Below, piece after piece: positions 14,794 to 14,886 of a stretch of DNA of 14,886 bases. The translations under genes were made by a program, and so were the position numbers. The stretch comes from Verrucomicrobiales bacterium (GTDB lineage Bacteria > Verrucomicrobiota > Verrucomicrobiia > Verrucomicrobiales > SLCJ01). Location: positions 1-14,886 of the forward strand of contig JBJTQJ010000088.1 of the NCBI GenBank assembly GCA_046075565.1. Reading direction: 5' to 3'. Position 1 is the first letter of the stretch. Each line of letters starts with the position of its first letter. Under the pieces are notes generated by a model that saw only the letters and a list, made by a program, of their open reading frames with translations, did not search any database and was not told the origin of the DNA.

Positions 14794-14886
14794 GCAAGAC
14801 CGGGACGGTCTTGCTACGATTGACATGGAACCTCAAGGGGATCTTGCCTCTGAGGGTCCATCGGAGTAGTAGCAAGACCGTCCCGG
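14794..14886. repeat. Inverted pair of GTAG-type REP-like palindromes (second copy truncated by the window end)
   Basis: gcaagaccg-gga-cggtcttgc-tac (14794-14817) is a perfect 9-bp hairpin ending in CTAC. gtagcaagaccgtcccgg (14869-14886) is the exact reverse complement of 14800-14817. Confidence 0.75.

Noticed and set aside
14017-14826. 269-aa minus-strand ORF and the other long antisense/alternative-frame ORFs (e.g. 3191-3856, 5193-5837, 9223-9921)
   Set aside because: They shadow well-supported genes, lack motifs and are expected in GC-rich DNA.
14591-14886. Possible CRISPR array or integron attC sites
   Set aside because: The copies are inverted rather than direct, there is no regular repeat-spacer period, and no cas or integrase gene is present.

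Overview
GC-rich bacterial DNA. The gene content suggests Verrucomicrobiota (Luteolibacter/Haloferula-like); this is an inference, not proven. Left part (1-5972, + strand): the 3' two kb of a large, 5'-truncated protein with GspK/pseudopilin-like C-terminal motifs, a small putatively exported protein, and two secreted Cys-type (CxPxR) sulfatases. From 6283 to 14586 lies a compact cluster of four transcription units. It encodes a FabZ-like dehydratase, GT2 glycosyltransferase, SAM methyltransferase, membrane-anchored NodB-type deacetylase, small membrane protein, LpxL-type acyltransferase, flavin-dependent halogenase, Hyg5/XanB2-type chorismatase and a PagL-like outer-membrane deacylase. This matches the starter-unit, tailoring and anchoring half of xanthomonadin/aryl-polyene/flexirubin pigment clusters. 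No ketosynthase, ACP, acyl-AMP ligase, ketoreductase or exporter is present in the window. A vapBC (RHH + PIN) toxin-antitoxin pair with its own palindromic operator sits inside one operon. Four genes have -35/17 bp/-10 promoter-like elements placed so that transcription would start on the start codon (leaderless). Intergenic regions hold a nested inverted-repeat element (6103-6263) and a cluster of GTAG-type REP-like palindromes at the right end. No rRNA, tRNA, CRISPR array or transposase was seen.
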